Assembly: GCA_964016885.1 (NCBI GenBank)
Contig: OZ024751.1
Span: 10,850,001 to 10,914,000, forward strand
Length of the DNA: 64,000 nt
DNA from: Eledone cirrhosa
Taxonomy: Eukaryota
Direction: 5' to 3'
The notes under the pieces are model-generated. The model searched no databases, had not been told where the DNA came from, and was given only the letters and a program-made list of their open reading frames with translations. Positions 59,196-64,000 of this stretch are shown piece after piece (the first letter of the stretch is position 1; each line of letters opens with the position of its first letter). The position numbers and the translations under genes are program-made.

Positions 59196-62100
59196 CAACA
59201 GTAACACCAACTCCAGGAACAACAATAACAACAACAGTAACACCAACTCCAGGAACAACAATAACAACAACAGTAACACCAACTCCAGGAACCACAATAA
59301 CAACAACAGTAACACCAACTCCAGGAACCACAATAACAACAACAGTAACACCAACTCCAGGAACAACAATAACAACAACAGTAACACCAACTCCAGGAAC
59401 AACAATAACAACAACAGTAACACCAACTCCAGGAACAACTATAACAACAACAGTAACACCAACTCCAGGAACAACTATAACAACAACAGTAACACCAACT
59501 CCAGGAACAACAATAACAACAACAGTAACACCAACTCCAGGAACCACAATAACAACAACAGTAACACCAACTCCAGGAACAACAATAACAACAACAGTAA
59601 CACCAACTCCAGGAACAACAATAACAACAACAGTAACACCAACTCCAGGAACCACAATAACAACAGTAACACCAACTCCAGGAACAACAATAACAACAAC
59701 AGTAACACCAACTCCAGGAACCACAATAACAACAACAGTAACACCAACTCCAGGAACAACAACAACAACAACAGTAACACCAACTCCAGGAACAACAATA
59801 ACAACAACAGTAACACCAACTCCAGGAACAACAACAACAACAGTAACACCAACTCCAGGAACAACTATAACAACAACAGTAACACCAACTCCAGGAACAA
59901 CTATAACAACAACAGTAACACCAACTCCAGGAACAACTATAACAACAACAGTAACACCAACTCCAGGAACAACAATAACAACAACAGTAACACCAACTCC
60001 AGGAACAACAACAACAACAGTAACACCAACTCCAGGAACAACTATAACAACAACAGTAACACCAACTCCAGGAACAACTATAACAACAACAGTAACACCA
60101 ACTCCAGGAACAACTATAACAACAACAGTCACACCAACTCCAGGAACAACAATAACAACAACAGTAACACCAACTCCAGGAACCACAATAACAACAACAG
60201 TAACACCAACTCCAGGAACAACAATAACAACAACAGTAACACCAACTCCAGGAACAACAATAACAACAACAGTAACACCAACTCCAGGAACCACAATAAC
60301 AACAGTAACACCAACTCCAGGAACAACAATAACAACAACAGTAACACCAACTCCAGGAACCACAATAACAACAACAGTAACACCAACTCCAGGAACAACA
60401 ACAACAACAACAGTAACACCAACTCCAGGAACAACAATAACAACAACAGTAACACCAACTCCAGGAACAACTATAACAACAACAGTAACACCAACTCCAG
60501 GAACAACTATAACAACAACAGTAACACCAACTCCAGGAACAACAATAACAACAACAGTAACACCAACTCCAGGAACCACAATAACAACAGTAACACCAAC
60601 TCCAGGAACAACAATAACAACAACAGTAACACCAACTCCAGGAACCACAATAACAACAACAGTAACACCAACTCCAGGAACAACAACAACAACAACAGTA
60701 ACACCAACTCCAGGAACAACAATAACAACAACAGTAACACCAACTCCAGGAACAACAACAACAACAGTAACACCAACTCCAGGAACAACAACAACAACAG
60801 TAACACCAACTCCAGGAACAACAATAACAACAACAGTAACACCAACTCCAGGAACAACTATAACAACAACAGTAACACCAACTCCAGGAACAACTATAAC
60901 AACAACAGTAACACCAACTCCAGGAACAACAACAGTAACACCAACTCCAGGAACAACTATAACAACAACAGTAACACCAACTCCAGGAACAACTATAACA
61001 ACAACAGTAACACCAACTCCAGGAACAACTATAACAACAACAGTAACACCAACTCCAGGAACAACAATAACAACAACAGTAACACCAACTCCAGGAACAA
61101 CAATAACAACAACAGTAACACCAACTCCAGGAACAACAATAACAACAACAGTAACACCAACTCCAGGAACAACAATAACAACAACAGTAACACCAACTCC
61201 AGGAACAACAACAACAACAGTAACACCAACTCCAGGAACAACAACAACAACAGTAACACCAACTCCAGGAACAACAATAACAACAACAGTAACACCAACT
61301 CCAGGAACAACAATAACAACAACAGTAACACCAACTCCAGGAACAACTATAACAACAACAGTAACACCAACTCCAGGAACAACTATAACAACAACAGTAA
61401 CACCAACTCCAGGAACAACAACAGTAACACCAACTCCAGGAACAACTATAACAACAACAGTAACACCAACTCCAGGAACAACTATAACAACAACAGTAAC
61501 ACCAACTCCAGGAACAACTATAACAACAACAGTAACACCAACTCCAGGAACAACAATAACAACAACAGTAACACCAACTCCAGGAACAACAATAACAACA
61601 ACAGTAACACCAACTCCAGGAACAACAATAACAACAACAGTAACACCAACTCCAGGAACAACAATAACAACAACAGTAACACCAACTCCAGGAACAACAA
61701 CAACAACAGTAACACCAACTCCAGGAACAACAACAACAACAGTAACACCAACTCCAGGAACAACAATAACAACAACAGTAACACCAACTCCAGGAACAAC
61801 TATAACAACAACAGTAACACCAACTCCAGGAACAACTATAACAACAACAGTAACACCAACTCCAGGAACAACAACAACAACAGTAACACCAACTCCAGGA
61901 ACAACAATAACAACAACAGTAACACCAACTCCAGGAACAACAATAACAACAACAGTAACACCAACTCCAGGAACAACAACAGTAACACCAACTCCAGGAA
62001 CAACAACAACAACAGTAACACCAACTCCAGGAACAACAACAACAACAGTAACACCAACTCCAGGAACAACAATAACAACAGTAACACCAACTCCAGGAAC

Positions 62101-62520
62101 CACAATAACAACAACAGTAACACCAACTCCAGGAACCACAATAACAACAACAGTAACACCAACTCCAGGAACCACAATAACAACAACAGTAACACCAACT
62201 CCAGAAACCACAATAACAACACTAACACCAACTCCAGGAACCACAATAACAACAACAATAACAACAGCAACAACAGTAACCAACTCTAGGAACAACAATA
62301 ACAACAGCAACAACAGTAACCAACTCTAGGAACAACAATAACAACAGCAACAACAGTAACCAACTCTAGGAACAACAATAACAACAGCAACAACAGTAAC
62401 CAACTCTAGGAACAACAATAACAATAACAACAGCAACAGTAACACCAACTCCAGGAACAACAATAACAATAACAACAACTATAACAGCAACACCTGCAAC
62501 GATAACATTAGCAAGAACAT
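59196..62520. repeat. Second array of the GTAACACCAACTCCAGGA minisatellite
   Basis: Same unit and same terminal variants as 42565-55600. Confidence 0.97.
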
Positions 62521-62539
62521 GATGAACAACTGCGAAATC

Positions 62540-63385
62540 TTGAAAACAAAGAGAATAACAAGAACGATTAAAACGAAACAAGTTTTTAACAAAGAATGAC
62601 AAGAAAAAACAACAAAGAAAAAATAAACCTTTAAAAAATAAAACGTAACAAATTCCCCCAAACTGGGGATATCTCCGAGGGTTAGTCATTGAGAAAGCCC
62701 ACAAAAAGCCACAGTAACCTTGACTGCTAGGGCACGTGTCCTCTCTCAGTGGCCCTCCTCTAATTTACTGGCACATGCTCAGTTCAAGTTCATTCACTCG
62801 GATCATACTCGTCTTTCTCACCCACATTTCATCAAACAGGCAACAAGGCAACATTTATCTTTCCACCCTGATTTTTCTCTTCAGGGGAAACCTGAAAAAG
62901 TTAGGGTTAGGGTTAGGGCTTCGCCGAAGAGGAGAGTGCTTGTCTTCAACTCCTTCAAGCGCGTTCACCGCATGACCACTTTCGCCGTGACCACCGGGCG
63001 GATGAAACCTGCCTGTCCTTTCCCTCTAAAGGAAAAGGTAGGAGTGATCTTTACAATAGATACATCAGGTGTTCGACGTAAACCCACAAGTCAGCAATGC
63101 TCGGAAACTTGATCTGTGCGTGCAGGACGGTTTCGTCACTCACAGGCCCGACTGACGGCACACCCATGCCTGACAGTTTAACCTAACTGGCAAAACCCTC
63201 GATAGCATTGACAAGCTAGGAATTTTTGGAAGTTATCCATAAACTCTGGACTGAAAGTCCTCTGAAAAAGAGTGGCTAGTTGATTTTCGTCGACCTCTTG
63301 AGTCTCCTCAAGAACGTCGTCGTTTTTACCCGCCACTAAATATCTATAGAAAGCTAAGGTGGAGTTTCCACCGATCGTATTCAAC
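62540..63385 (-). pseudogene. Duplicate of the decayed Tx1/L1-like fragment
   Basis: Apparently identical to 55620-56465, offset 6920 bp. Confidence 0.7.
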
Positions 63386-63871
63386 AAACACAACGAAAGC
63401 AACAGTAGCAATAACATTAACAGTAGTAACAATAAAAACAACAGCAAAGACAACAGTAACAACAGTACCCCTGACCATTAACAGCTACAATTACCGTTCC
63501 TGACTCTTCCATGAAAACACTGAGCCACCTCCACAACAAAAAATAAACTACACCTCCCAACACACCACCACCACCACCACCACCGCTATTAACAACAACT
63601 AGAATACAATACAGTTACAAAGCCCACACCTCGCTACACCACACCCCACATCAATACGCCTGCAACAACAACAACAATGACAACAACAGTACAATACAGT
63701 GAGTACCTCCTCACCACCACACGACACACCACATCAATACGCCACCACCGCTACCTGCAACAACTGTTCAATATAATAGTATAATACTGTTACAACTCCT
63801 TCCACCCCGACTAAACCCCACACCACACCAATACGCCACCAACAATACTAGTAACAGCAACAAGTCATTAT

Positions 63872-64000
63872 ATTGGCAGTATCGGTAGAGGGTCGGACGC
63901 CATGTTTTGAAGCATAGTTACCTCCCTTTATGGTCTGAGTTCAAATCCCGCCGAGGTTAACTTTGCCTTTCATCCTTACGGGGTCGATAAAATAAAGTAC
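63872..64000 (+). mobile_element. tRNA-derived SINE (family A), cut by the window end
   Basis: Duplicate of 56952-57080. Confidence 0.85.

Noticed and set aside
57109-62289. 1726 aa Asn-rich ORF
   Set aside because: It starts inside a SINE at a non-ATG codon and is an (AAC)n satellite translation.

Overview
This is AT-rich, repeat-dominated eukaryotic DNA with no recognisable host gene. The SINE families and microsatellite load resemble an Octopus genome (inference). Almost all ORF-track entries are translations of (TA)n/(CA)n/(AAC)n repeats. Real content: (1) an apparently intact Penelope-like retroelement (PLE, probably Naiad clade; RT plus GIY-YIG ORF, minus strand) with two ~1.7 kb direct pLTRs 7034 bp apart, each carrying a type I hammerhead ribozyme; (2) fused head-to-head to it, a ~3.5-copy tandem array of a 465-467 bp non-coding unit with a minimal hammerhead in each full unit, i.e. 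a non-LTR retrozyme; (3) at least five more unrelated hammerhead-bearing non-coding elements, most beside (TA)n tracts, two with a compensatory U3-A8 core; (4) tRNA-derived SINEs, a probable Helitron, a mariner end and a decayed Tx1/L1-type LINE; (5) a 13 kb and a 3.3 kb frame-preserving minisatellite inside a 6920 bp duplication. All folding and domain calls were made by eye and coordinates of element ends are approximate.
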